The position numbers and the translations under genes were made by a program. From positions 2,820,001 through 2,852,000 of the forward strand of contig NC_009664.2 in assembly GCF_000017305.1 (NCBI RefSeq): a stretch of 32,000 nt of DNA, given 5' to 3'. Position 1 is the stretch's first letter. Every line of letters starts with the position of its first letter. Shown here one piece after another: positions 1 through 7,948 of this stretch. The notes under the pieces were generated by a model. The model was not told the origin of the DNA. It saw nothing but the letters and a program-made list of their open reading frames with translations, and did no database searches. This stretch comes from Kineococcus radiotolerans SRS30216 = ATCC BAA-149 (lineage in GTDB: Bacteria; Actinomycetota; Actinomycetes; Actinomycetales; Kineococcaceae).

Positions 1-2
1 GC

Positions 3-107
3 GACGACGGGGAGCCGGGGGCCCTGGAGGTCCAGGGTGCGTTCTCCGTCCCGCTGGCGGAGCTGCGCGAGGCGCACACGGCGACGCTGCCGAAGCACTT
101 CGGCTGA
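3..107 (+). CDS. 3' end of a CDS running in from the left edge (tail ...AELREAHTATLPKHFG*); possibly purL (FGAM synthase II)
   Basis: Frame 3 is open from the window edge to TGA at 105-107, with G/C-dominated third positions, and a strong hairpin follows. The purL idea rests only on tail resemblance and on purF-purM lying downstream, as in actinobacterial synteny. Confidence 0.35.
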   Translation, partial: DDGEPGALEVQGAFSVPLAELREAHTATLPKHFG

Positions 108-109
108 AC

Positions 110-142
110 GGCGGGGCGGGACCGGACCGGTCCCGCCCCGCC
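110..142. terminator. Strong GC hairpin between two convergent genes (bidirectional terminator candidate)
   Basis: GGCGGGGCGGGACCGG (110-125) is the perfect reverse complement of CCGGTCCCGCCCCGCC (127-142). It sits 3 nt after the upstream stop and about 30 nt from the stop of the minus-strand gene. There is no clear U-tract. Confidence 0.55.
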
Positions 143-172
143 GGCCTGGTCAGGTCGGACCGGCCGGGTCCC

Positions 173-532
173 TCACGGCCGGCCCCACAGGGCGAGGAGG
201 AGCAGCGGGACGAACAGGACCGCCTGGGGCACCCCGACCAGCAGCGCGGTGGCGCGGACGTCGGCCCGCGCCCTCGCCGCGATGCCCGCGGCGAGGGGGA
301 CGGGGGTGCCGACGGCGACGGCGCCCATCGCGAGCAGCAGCGGCCACGGGGCCTCGCCGGGGTCGAGGACGGCCCACGCCACCGCCTGGGCGAGGAGCGG
401 GAGCGCCACGGCGACCAGGACCCCTCCGCCGACCACGGCTCCCGCCGTGGACGCCGTGGCGCGTGCGGGGGTGGGTGCGGGCTCCGGATCCCGCTGGCGC
501 ACCCGCGTCCAGGTCCACGTCACGGCGGTCAC
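173..532 (-). CDS. Hypothetical small membrane protein (about 119 aa, roughly 3 hydrophobic segments)
   Basis: 3' part of minus ORF 173..685. GC3 is high, and hydrophobic stretches include GAVVGGGVLVAVALPLLAQAVAWAVL and ALLVGVPQAVLFVPLLLLALW. The start is uncertain (GTG at 532 or 523) and no clear SD is present. Confidence 0.45.
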   Translation of the reverse strand: MTAVTWTWTRVRQRDPEPAPTPARATASTAGAVVGGGVLVAVALPLLAQAVAWAVLDPGEAPWPLLLAMGAVAVGTPVPLAAGIAARARADVRATALLVGVPQAVLFVPLLLLALWGRP

Positions 533-595
533 CGTAGCGGGTGGGAGTTCCCCGCCCCCGGACCGCGCCCCTCCGACTTTCCTGCCACTCAAGTG

Positions 596-631
596 TTGCC
601 TGCCGGGCAAGTGACGAGTAGCTTTCTCGTC
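596..631 (+). promoter_or_regulatory. Candidate sigma70-type promoter with overlapping palindromes upstream of the membrane-protein/wHTH operon
   Basis: TTGCCT (596-601), a 17-nt spacer, then TAGCTT (619-624, TAnnnT type). A near-perfect palindrome TTGCCTG-C-CGGGCAA (596-610) covers the -35. A hairpin GACGAG-N7-CTCGTC (613-631) covers the -10/TSS. The SD GGGAGGA (652-658) precedes the GTG at 667. This is the least GC-rich stretch of this intergenic region. Confidence 0.35.
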
Positions 632-666
632 AGGCAAGCAAGCACTCGAACGGGAGGAACCCCACC

Positions 667-1092
667 GTGGACGCTCGCGAAGCACAGCAGGCCCTGACCC
701 TGGCCGCCCGGCGCCGCCAGCAGACCATCACCGCCGGGACCGCCCCCTGGACCCGCGGGCAGGTGTGGAGCCTGTGCTCCTGCGCCCTGGCCCTGGGCGT
801 CCTCACCGACGCGGGCATGGTCTGGCTGTGGCTGGTCCTGGTGCTCACGGGCGTCGGGGTCGCCTGGCAGCGCGGGGTGCGCCTGAAGCCCACCCGCGCC
901 TCCAGCCGCTGGCAGACCGCCCTGGTCGCCACCTTCGTCCCCGCGGCCGCGGTGGACGTCGCCTTCCAGGCGGTCGCGCGGGGGCTGGACTGGCCGCTGC
1001 CCAACACCGTCGGCATGGTCGGCGCCTGCCTGGTCATCGTCACCCTGACCCGCGCGGTGCAGGCCCGGATGGCTGCGAGCCTGCGCCCGTGA
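667..1092 (+). CDS. Hypothetical integral membrane protein (141 aa, about 4 TM segments)
   Basis: GTG start preceded by GGGAGGA. Hydrophobic segments include VWSLCSCALALGVL, MVWLWLVLVLTGVGVAW and TVGMVGACLVIVTL. The stop overlaps the next start (GTGA). Confidence 0.6.
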   Translation: MDAREAQQALTLAARRRQQTITAGTAPWTRGQVWSLCSCALALGVLTDAGMVWLWLVLVLTGVGVAWQRGVRLKPTRASSRWQTALVATFVPAAAVDVAFQAVARGLDWPLPNTVGMVGACLVIVTLTRAVQARMAASLRP

Positions 1093-1451
1093 CCACCGCG
1101 CCCGACGCCCAGCCCGCCGCCGCTGCCGCGACCCCCTCCGGCGCGGGGGGCGCCGCGATCGACGAGTTCCTGCACACCCCCGCCCGGCTGAACATCTGCT
1201 CCCTGCTCGCCCCGGCGGACTGGGTGACCTTCTCCTTCCTGCGCGACACCATCGGCACCAGCGACTCCGCCCTCTCCAAGCAGGTCGCCGCCCTGGAGCA
1301 GGTCGGCTACGTCGAGGTCCGCAAGGAGCGCGCGGTGCAGGCGCTGCGGCGCCAGACCTCGGTGCGCCTCACCGCCGCCGGCCGCGACGCCTTCGAGGCC
1401 TACCTGGCCACCCTCGAGCTCCTCGTCGCCCGGGCCCGCGGCGACCGCTAG
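1089..1451 (+). CDS. Winged-helix (MarR/HTH_34-like) transcriptional regulator, 120 aa
   Basis: C-terminal 120 aa of ORF 765..1451. The GTG at 1089 overlaps the upstream TGA. The motif LHTPARLNICSLLA....VTFSFLRDTIGTSDSALSKQVAALEQVGYVEVRKE....RQTSVRLTAAGRDAFEAY is a typical wHTH plus wing. Confidence 0.75.
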   Translation: MTTAPDAQPAAAAATPSGAGGAAIDEFLHTPARLNICSLLAPADWVTFSFLRDTIGTSDSALSKQVAALEQVGYVEVRKERAVQALRRQTSVRLTAAGRDAFEAYLATLELLVARARGDR

Positions 1452-1606
1452 GACGTGCCCGGCGGGCCGTCGCCGCCGCGCCGCCCCGGTCGTGGGCGGG
1501 GGGTGGGCATGCGGAGGGCGTCTTCGTGGTTGAGTACGGCGCTCACGCCCTGCGACGACACCGTCGGGGGGCACGGGAGTGGACCGCAGCTCGAGGAGAG
1601 GCACTG

Positions 1607-1918
1607 ATGGCGACCGACTACGACGCACCGCGCAAGACCGACGAGGACCTCGACGCGGATTCGATCGAGGAGCTGAAGACCCACCGCACGGACAAGACGT
1701 CGTCCTCCAGCGTGGACGAGGACGAGGCGGAGGCGGCGGAGGGCTTCGAGCTGCCGGGCGCCGACCTGTCCGGGGAGGAGCTCTCGGTGCGGGTCCTGCC
1801 GCGCCAGCAGGACGAGTTCACCTGCACCAGCTGCTTCCTGGTCAAGCACCGCAGCCAGCTGCACGCCAGTTCCGACGTCACCGGCGGCCGGCTGATCTGC
1901 AACGACTGCGCCGCCTGA
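1607..1918 (+). CDS. DUF4193 family protein (acidic N-terminal half plus C-terminal CxxC...CxxC zinc-ribbon-like motif)
   Basis: ATG at 1607 follows GAGGAGAG. The N-terminus MATDYDAPRKTDEDLD... is the conserved actinobacterial DUF4193 signature, and FTCTSCFLVKH....LICNDCA supplies 4 Cys. Confidence 0.85.
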   Translation: MATDYDAPRKTDEDLDADSIEELKTHRTDKTSSSSVDEDEAEAAEGFELPGADLSGEELSVRVLPRQQDEFTCTSCFLVKHRSQLHASSDVTGGRLICNDCAA

Positions 1919-2056
1919 GACCGGACGGGGAGGCGGCCCGCGCCGGCCGCCGCCCCCGGGCGCGGCGGCGCGGGCGGGCCGGTGCTCCCCCTCGCGCCCG
2001 GCGCGGGCCCCGGCGGCCTCGCCGGGGTGGCTGTTCCGCCCGGGGCCCGACAGGGT

Positions 2057-2956
2057 GTGCCCGTGACGACGCGACAGCACGAGGACCAGGTCGACGTTCC
2101 CGTGGACGCGGTGCGCCGGCTCGTCGCCGCGCAGTTCCCGCACTGGGCGGGGGAGCCGGTCTCCGCGCTGGAGAGCGCCGGCACGGTCAACGCCGTCTTC
2201 CGCGTGGGGACGGACAAGGTCGCCCGCCTCCCGCTGCGGCCCGGGGCCGCGGACCGGGTGCCCCGGGAGGTCGAGGCCGCGCGGGAGCTGTTCGGCGCCA
2301 CGCGGTTCCCCACCCCCGAGCCCCTCGCGATCGGGGGACCGGGGGAGGGGTACCCCTTCCCCTGGTCGATCTCCACCTGGGTCCCGGGCACCCCCGCCGA
2401 CGAGGTCGACGTCACCGCGGCCGGCGGTCTCGCGCTCGACCTCGCCGAGTTCGTCCACGACGTGCGCGCCCTGCCCCTGCACGAGCACCGGTTCAGCGGG
2501 ACCGGCCGGGGCGGGGACCTGCACGTCCACGACGCGTGGGTGGACCGCTGCCTCGCGCGCAGCGAGGGCCTGCTCGACGTGCCCCGGCTGCGCGCCCTGT
2601 GGGAGGGGTTCCGCCGCCTGCCGCACGTGGCCGCCGACGTCGTCGTCCACGGCGACCTGATCCCCGGCAACGTCCTGGTCGCGGGGGGCCGCCTGGCCGG
2701 GGTCCTCGACGTCGGCGGCCTCGGCCCGGCCGACCCCGCGCTGGACCTCATCGCCGGCTGGCACCTGTTCGAGGCCCCGGCGCGGGAGGAGTTCCGGCGT
2801 GCGGTCGGCGCCGACGGGCTGGACTGGGTCCGCTCCCAGGCGTGGGCGTTCCAGCAGTCCGTGGGGCTGGTCGAGCACTACGCGCGGACGAACCCGCGGA
2901 TGAGCGCGCTCGGGCGCACGACGCTGGACCGGATCCTCGCCGACCCGCTGGTCTGA
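2057..2956 (+). CDS. Aminoglycoside/choline-kinase-type phosphotransferase (APH family)
   Basis: The Brenner/catalytic motif VVHGDLIPGNVLV and the downstream GVLDVGGLGPADPALDL are present. The start is uncertain (GTG 2057 or 2063). GC3 drops upstream of about 2056, arguing against the 1982 start of the ORF track. Confidence 0.8.
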   Translation: MPVTTRQHEDQVDVPVDAVRRLVAAQFPHWAGEPVSALESAGTVNAVFRVGTDKVARLPLRPGAADRVPREVEAARELFGATRFPTPEPLAIGGPGEGYPFPWSISTWVPGTPADEVDVTAAGGLALDLAEFVHDVRALPLHEHRFSGTGRGGDLHVHDAWVDRCLARSEGLLDVPRLRALWEGFRRLPHVAADVVVHGDLIPGNVLVAGGRLAGVLDVGGLGPADPALDLIAGWHLFEAPAREEFRRAVGADGLDWVRSQAWAFQQSVGLVEHYARTNPRMSALGRTTLDRILADPLV

Positions 2957-2980
2957 GCGGCCGCGCCCGGGACGCCGCGG

Positions 2981-3448
2981 TCAGCCCCGCAGGAACTCCG
3001 CCAGCACCTCCACCACGAGGGCGTGGTCGTCGGCCTCCGGCAGCCCGGACACCGCGACCGCGCCGACGACCCCGACCCCGCGCACCCGCAGCGGGAAGGC
3101 GCCGCCGTGGGCGGCGAACTCGCGGGGGTCCACCCGGGCGTCGACGTCGAACTCGCCGCCGCCGCGGCGCGCGCGCGTCCCCACGAGGTAGGACGCGTGG
3201 CCGAAGCGGTCCACGACGTTCATCTTGCGCTGCAGCCAGGCGTCGTGGTCGGCGACCGACCCGGGCAGCGCGGCGTGGAAGAGGCGCTGCCCGTTGCGGC
3301 GGATCGCGACCGCCACCGCGAGGTCCCGGGACCGCGCGCGCTGGACGAGCAGCGACCCCAGGCGCCAGGCGTCGTCCTCGTCGAAGCGGTCGAGGACGAG
3401 GTCCGCCTCCTCGGCGGTCAGGCGGGCGAGCAGGTCGTCGGTGTCCAC
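2981..3448 (-). CDS. UPF0303 / heme-degrading (GlcG/HbpS-like) domain protein
   Basis: 155 aa; the GTG at 3448 is preceded by GAGGAG. The sequence pattern (LLARLTAEEADLVLDRFDEDDAWRLG...AVAIRRNGQRLFH...) fits the UPF0303 family. Confidence 0.7.
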   Translation of the reverse strand: MDTDDLLARLTAEEADLVLDRFDEDDAWRLGSLLVQRARSRDLAVAVAIRRNGQRLFHAALPGSVADHDAWLQRKMNVVDRFGHASYLVGTRARRGGGEFDVDARVDPREFAAHGGAFPLRVRGVGVVGAVAVSGLPEADDHALVVEVLAEFLRG

Positions 3449-3550
3449 GGGGCTCCTCGGGTCGGTGGGGTCCCGATCCTCCCGCGTCCCCCTCCGCCGG
3501 GCGCGGGCGGGCCGGGGCGGGCGGGTCTCGGGAGAGGTTCCTGAGGGATC

Positions 3551-3586
3551 TTTGTCTTGACATGCTCACGCGACCACGCCTACCGT
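3551..3586 (+). promoter_or_regulatory. Candidate iolT promoter with an overlapping GntR-type half-palindrome (putative IolR operator)
   Basis: TTGACA (3557-3562), an 18-nt spacer, then TACCGT (3581-3586). TTTGTC-TT-GACATG (3551-3564) resembles the perfect TTTGTC-N2-GACAAA palindrome at 5952-5965. Confidence 0.4.
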
Positions 3587-3620
3587 CCGGCGACGCGATC
3601 CGCAGGACGAGGGAGTTCCC

Positions 3621-5093
3621 ATGTCGACCACCCCGGGCCGGTCCGCCGCACCCGGAGGGGGTGTGCACGACGCGCTGCCGCCCCTGACCGACGGCCCCCA
3701 CCGCAGGCGGCTGGGCGTCGTCGCCCTCATCGCGACCTTCGGGGGGCTGCTCTTCGGCTACGACACCAGCGTCATCAACGGCGCCCTCGAACCGATGGTC
3801 CGGGAACTCGGCCTCACCACCCTCACCGAGGGCGTCGTGACGAGCTCGCTGCTCTTCGGCGCCGCCGTCGGCGCGATCAGCGGCGGACGCCTCTCCGACG
3901 CCTGGGGCCGGCGGCGGTCCATCCTGCTCATGTCGCTGTTCTTCTTCGGCGGCGCCCTGGTCTGCGTCTTCACCCCGAACTTCGAGGTCATGGTCGTCGG
4001 CCGCGTCGTCCTCGGCCTCGCCGTCGGCGCCGCCTCGACCGTCGTGCCGGTCTACCTCGCCGAGATGGCGCCCTACGAGATCCGCGGGTCGCTCTCGGGG
4101 CGCAACGAGATGATGATCGTCGTCGGCCAGCTCGCGGCCTTCGTCGTCAACGCGATCGTCGGCAACGTCTGGGGCGAGCACGCCGGGGTCTGGCGCATCA
4201 TGCTGGCCTTCGTGACGCTGCCCGCCGTCGCCCTGTTCGTCGGGATGCTGCGGGTGCCGGAGTCCCCGCGCTGGCTGATCGACCACGGCCACTACGACGA
4301 GGCGCTCGCGGTGCTGCGGACCCTGCGCTCGGAGGAGCGCGCGGAGGCGGAGGCGCGCCAGATCGCCGGGCTGACCCACGAGGACTCCAAGCGGGTCCCG
4401 ATGGACTGGCGCAGCGTCCTGTCCCACCGGTGGCTGCGGCGCATCCTGCTGATCGGCACCGGCCTGGGGGTCGCCCAGCAGCTGACCGGGATCAACTCGA
4501 TCATGTACTACGGGCAGTCCATCCTCGGCGAGGCCGGGTTCTCCTCCAGCGCGGCCCTCATCGCCAACGTCGCCCCCGGGGTCATCGCGGTCGTCGGCGC
4601 GTTCATCGCGCTGCGGATCATGGACACCTTCAGCCGCCGCCGGACGTTCGTCCTCGGCTACTCGCTGACGACCGCCTGCCACCTGCTCATCGGGATCGGC
4701 TCCGTGCTCCTCCCCGTGGGCAACCCGTTGCGCCCGTGGGTGATCCTCTTCCTCGTCGTGGCCTTCGTCGGGTCCATGCAGACCTTCCTCAACGTGGCGA
4801 CGTGGGTGACGCTGTCGGAGATCTTCCCGCAGCGGATGCGGGCGTTCGGCATGGGGACCTCGGTGTTCGTCCTGTGGATCACCAACGCCCTGCTGGGCCT
4901 GTGGTTCCCGACGCTGGTGAGCGCGCTCGGCATCACCGGCTGCTTCTTCGGGTTCGCCGTGGTCAACCTGCTGGCGCTGGTGTTCGTGAAGACCCAGGTC
5001 CCCGAGACCCGCGGGCGCTCCCTGGAGCAGCTGGAGGAGGCCGTCACCAGCGGCGCGATCCACGACCGGGCCGTGCGCGACGGCCTCGCCTGA
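3621..5093 (+). CDS. iolT: MFS sugar-porter family transporter, probable myo-inositol:H+ symporter
   Basis: 490 aa with sugar-porter signatures GLLFGYDTSVINGAL, GRRRSIL, PESPRWL and PETRGRSLEQLE. It lies next to iolR and the iol genes. Substrate is inferred from context. Confidence 0.8.
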   Translation: MSTTPGRSAAPGGGVHDALPPLTDGPHRRRLGVVALIATFGGLLFGYDTSVINGALEPMVRELGLTTLTEGVVTSSLLFGAAVGAISGGRLSDAWGRRRSILLMSLFFFGGALVCVFTPNFEVMVVGRVVLGLAVGAASTVVPVYLAEMAPYEIRGSLSGRNEMMIVVGQLAAFVVNAIVGNVWGEHAGVWRIMLAFVTLPAVALFVGMLRVPESPRWLIDHGHYDEALAVLRTLRSEERAEAEARQIAGLTHEDSKRVPMDWRSVLSHRWLRRILLIGTGLGVAQQLTGINSIMYYGQSILGEAGFSSSAALIANVAPGVIAVVGAFIALRIMDTFSRRRTFVLGYSLTTACHLLIGIGSVLLPVGNPLRPWVILFLVVAFVGSMQTFLNVATWVTLSEIFPQRMRAFGMGTSVFVLWITNALLGLWFPTLVSALGITGCFFGFAVVNLLALVFVKTQVPETRGRSLEQLEEAVTSGAIHDRAVRDGLA

Positions 5094-5116
5094 GGCGACC
5101 GGGCCTCAGCGGTGCC

Positions 5117-5854
5117 TCAGCGGTCGACGAGGGTGACCTCGAACGCGTACCGGCTGGCGCGGTAGACGTGCCGGCCGTACTCGACGACCTTGCCGGAGTC
5201 GTCGTGGGTCGTGCGCTCCATCGTCAGCAGCGGCGCGCCGCGGCGCTCGTCGAGCAGCGTGCACTCCTCGCCGGTGCCCCGGCGGGCGCCGATGCGCTGG
5301 CGCGCCACCCGCATCCCCACCCCGCGGCTGCGCAGCAGCTGGTACATCCCGCGCTCGGTGAGGGCCTCCACCGTCAGGTCCGTGTACGGGGCGGGCAGCC
5401 AGTTCTCCAGCACCGCCAGCGGTTCACCGCCCGACATCCGCAACCGGCGCAGGTGCAGCACGGGCGTGCCGGGGCTGATGGCGAGGCTGCCGGCGACGTC
5501 GTCGGCGGCCCCGTCCATCTCGTGCAGCAGGACCCGGGTGTCCGGCTGCTGACCGGACCGCACCAGGTCGTCGTGCAGGCTGGTCAGCTCCACGGGCCGG
5601 GTGACCTGGCCGTGCACGACCTGGGTGCCCACCCCGCGCTTGCGGACCAGCAGGCCCTTGTCGACGAGCTGCTGGATCGCGCGGCGCATCGTCGGGCGCG
5701 AGAGGCCCAGCTGGTCGGCGAGGTGGATCTCGTTGTCCAGGCGCGACCCGGGCAGCAGCTTGCCGCCCTCGATGGCCTGCTCGATCTGGCGGGCGACCTG
5801 GAAGTACAGGGGGACGGGACTGGACCGGTCCAGGTCGACGAACAGATCGCTCAC
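5117..5854 (-). CDS. iolR: GntR/HutC-family transcriptional repressor with UTRA effector domain (IolR-like)
   Basis: C-terminal 245 aa of ORF 5117..7060. The GTG at 5854 has GGGAG upstream. The wHTH is PLYFQVARQIEQAIEGGKLLPGSRLDNEIHLADQLGLSRPTMRRAIQQLVDKGLLVRKRGVGTQV, followed by a UTRA-like region. It is divergent from iolC. Confidence 0.85.
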   Translation of the reverse strand: MSDLFVDLDRSSPVPLYFQVARQIEQAIEGGKLLPGSRLDNEIHLADQLGLSRPTMRRAIQQLVDKGLLVRKRGVGTQVVHGQVTRPVELTSLHDDLVRSGQQPDTRVLLHEMDGAADDVAGSLAISPGTPVLHLRRLRMSGGEPLAVLENWLPAPYTDLTVEALTERGMYQLLRSRGVGMRVARQRIGARRGTGEECTLLDERRGAPLLTMERTTHDDSGKVVEYGRHVYRASRYAFEVTLVDR

Positions 5855-5951
5855 CACAGCTCCCGGAGGTCGTGCGACGCGGCGCAGCCACGTCGCCGTG
5901 CCGCCGTCGGACCATGGTAGCCGCCACGAGGTGTGTACGTCAGGAGGTGCG

Positions 5952-5973
5952 TTTGTCCTGACAAAGCTTGACA
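5952..5973. promoter_or_regulatory. Perfect palindrome TTTGTC-CT-GACAAA (putative IolR operator) next to a TTGACA -35 box in the iolR/iolC divergent region
   Basis: TTTGTC at 5952-5957 and GACAAA at 5960-5965 are exact reverse complements and fit the GntR-type tnGTnnnACna consensus. TTGACA lies at 5968-5973. Confidence 0.45.
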
Positions 5974-6064
5974 GGCGGGTCTTCCCCGGAGGACGCTCGA
6001 CCCAGCCACCGCGCCGCTGCGGCCCGGGGCGGCACCGATGATCCGGACTGGGAGGGGACCTCGC

Positions 6065-7042
6065 GTGAGCACCACGGCCGCGCTGGACGTCGTGACCATG
6101 GGCAGGGTCGGCGTCGACCTCTACCCGCTGCAGGACGACGTGGGCCTCGAGGACGTCGAGACCTTCGGCAAGTACCTGGGGGGCAGTGCCACCAACGTCG
6201 CCGTCGCCGCCGCGCGGCACGGGCGCGCCACGGCCGTCGTCACCCGCACCGGCAACGACGCCTTCGGGAGGTTCGTCCACCGGGCGCTCGCCGGTTTCGG
6301 GGTCTCCGACCGGTTCGTCTCCGGCGTCGAGGGGCTCAACACCCCGCTGGCGTTCTGCGAGATCTACCCGCCGGACCACTTCCCGCTGCTGTTCTACCGC
6401 CAGCCCACCGCGCCGGACCTGCAGATCCGCGCCGAGGAGCTCGACCTCGACGCCATCCGCGACGCCGGGGTCTTCTGGACCACCGTCACCGGCCTCTCCG
6501 AGGAACCCAGCCGCGGCGCGCACCACGCGGCCTGGGCGGCCCGGGCGCGCAAGCCCCTCACGGTCCTCGACCTCGACTACCGGCCGATGTTCTGGGCCTC
6601 CCCGCAGGAGGCGACCGAGCAGGTGCGCCGCGCGCTGCCGCACGTCACCGTCGCCGTCGGCAACCGCGAGGAGTGCGAGGTCGCCGTCGGCGAGACCGAA
6701 CCCCGCCGGGCCGCCGAGGCCCTGCTGGCCGCCGGGGTGGAGGTCGCGATCGTCAAGCAGGGGCCCAAGGGCGTCCTGGGGGCGACGAGGAACCCCGACG
6801 GGGGCACCGCCTTCGTCGAGGTCCCGCCCACCCCCGTCGCCGTCGTCAACGGCCTCGGCGCCGGCGACGGCTTCGGCGGCGCGCTGTGCCACGGGCTGCT
6901 CGCCGGCTGGGACCTGGAACGGACCCTGCGCTTCGCCAACGCCGCCGGCGCCATCGTCGCCACCCGGCGCGAGTGCTCCACCGCCATGCCGTTCACCTCC
7001 GAGGTGGAGGCCCTGCTCGAGGAGGTCGCCGCCCGTGCCTGA
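6065..7042 (+). CDS. iolC: 5-dehydro-2-deoxygluconokinase (PfkB family)
   Basis: The N-terminus LDVVTMGRVGVDLYPLQ...GKYLGGSATNVAVAAARHG and the C-terminal GAGDGFGGAL PfkB motif are present. The GTG at 6065 follows GGGAGGGG. Codons between ATG 6038 and 6065 have poor GC3. Confidence 0.85.
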   Translation: MSTTAALDVVTMGRVGVDLYPLQDDVGLEDVETFGKYLGGSATNVAVAAARHGRATAVVTRTGNDAFGRFVHRALAGFGVSDRFVSGVEGLNTPLAFCEIYPPDHFPLLFYRQPTAPDLQIRAEELDLDAIRDAGVFWTTVTGLSEEPSRGAHHAAWAARARKPLTVLDLDYRPMFWASPQEATEQVRRALPHVTVAVGNREECEVAVGETEPRRAAEALLAAGVEVAIVKQGPKGVLGATRNPDGGTAFVEVPPTPVAVVNGLGAGDGFGGALCHGLLAGWDLERTLRFANAAGAIVATRRECSTAMPFTSEVEALLEEVAARA

Positions 7043-7937
7043 CGAGAACGGCTCCTCCACCGGTTTCGCGAAGGACTACGCCGAGGTCGCGGAGATCCGC
7101 GCCCGCCACCCCGAACGCATCCTCGAACGCTCCCGGGCCCGGCGCCGCCGCCCCCTGCTGGAGGCCGACGGCCGCCTCATGGTCGTCGCCGCCGACCACC
7201 CCGCCCGCGCCGCCAACGGCGTCGGGAAGGACGCCATGGCGATGGCCGACCGCACCGAACTGCTCGACCGGCTGCGGGTGGCGCTCGCCGTCCCCGGCGT
7301 CGACGGCCTGCTCGCCTCGGCCGACATCGTCGAGGACCTCACCCTCCTCGGGGCGCTGGAGGGCAAGGTCGTCTTCGGGTCGATGAACCGCGGCGGCCTC
7401 CAGGGCGCCACCTTCGAGCTCGACGACCGCTTCACCGGCTACGACGCGCAGGCCGTGCAGGACATGAACCTCGACGGCGGCAAGTTCCTCGCCCGCATCG
7501 CCCTCGACGACGCCGGCACCCTGCCGACGCTGACGGCCTGCGCCGACGCCATCAGCGAACTCGCCGCGCGCCGGCTCGTGGCGCTCATCGAACCGTTCTG
7601 GTCCAGCCACCGCGACGGCAAGGTCGTCCACGACCTGACCGCCGACGGGGTCGTGAAGTCCATCAACGTGGCGCAGGCGCTGGGCCGGACCACGGCCTAC
7701 ACCTGGCTGAAGATCCCCGTCGTCGAGGACATGGAACGCGTCATGGACGCCACGACGCTGCCGACGCTGCTGCTCGGGGGGGACCCGGCGACCTCGCCGG
7801 AGGAGACGTTCGCGACCTGGCGCAAGGCGCTGGCCCTGCCGTCGGTGCGCGGGCTGACCGTGGGGCGGACCCTGCTGTACCCCCCGGACGGCGACGTCGA
7901 GTCCGCGGTGAAGACCGCCGTCTCCCTGGTGCGCTGA
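7035..7937 (+). CDS. Class-I-aldolase-like (beta/alpha)8 protein of the Cgl0159 type, probable 5-dehydro-2-deoxyphosphogluconate aldolase (IolJ function)
   Basis: Last 300 aa of ORF 6186..7937. The GTG at 7035 overlaps the iolC stop by 8 nt. The position between iolC and iolB matches corynebacterial/actinobacterial iol clusters. Function is inferred from context. Confidence 0.65.
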   Translation: MPDENGSSTGFAKDYAEVAEIRARHPERILERSRARRRRPLLEADGRLMVVAADHPARAANGVGKDAMAMADRTELLDRLRVALAVPGVDGLLASADIVEDLTLLGALEGKVVFGSMNRGGLQGATFELDDRFTGYDAQAVQDMNLDGGKFLARIALDDAGTLPTLTACADAISELAARRLVALIEPFWSSHRDGKVVHDLTADGVVKSINVAQALGRTTAYTWLKIPVVEDMERVMDATTLPTLLLGGDPATSPEETFATWRKALALPSVRGLTVGRTLLYPPDGDVESAVKTAVSLVR

Positions 7938-7948
7938 GGAGCCCGACG

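Noticed and set aside
37-614. Plus-strand ORFs 37..537 and 249..614 near the left edge.
   Set aside because: They are Arg/Pro/Gly-rich with no motifs and overlap the terminator hairpin. They lie antisense to the minus-strand membrane-protein ORF, which has the proper GC3 pattern.
2748-5063. 771-aa minus-strand ORF antisense to iolT. Similar giant ORFs occur at 8297..10918 (-), 20140..22671 (-), 1448..2878 (-), 1579..3687 (+), 3557..5920 (+), 14846..16783 (-) and 10483..12483 (-).
   Set aside because: Their composition is Arg/Pro/Gly/Ala/Asp-dominated with no recognisable motifs. Each lies opposite, or out of frame with, a gene that has clear family signatures. Stop-free alternative frames are expected in DNA this GC-rich.
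5855-7060. Upstream 400 codons of minus ORF 5117..7060, which would make a 647-aa GntR fusion.
   Set aside because: That part is antisense to the well-supported iolC and crosses the AT-richer promoter/operator region. The GntR wHTH begins right after the GTG at 5854, which has its own SD.
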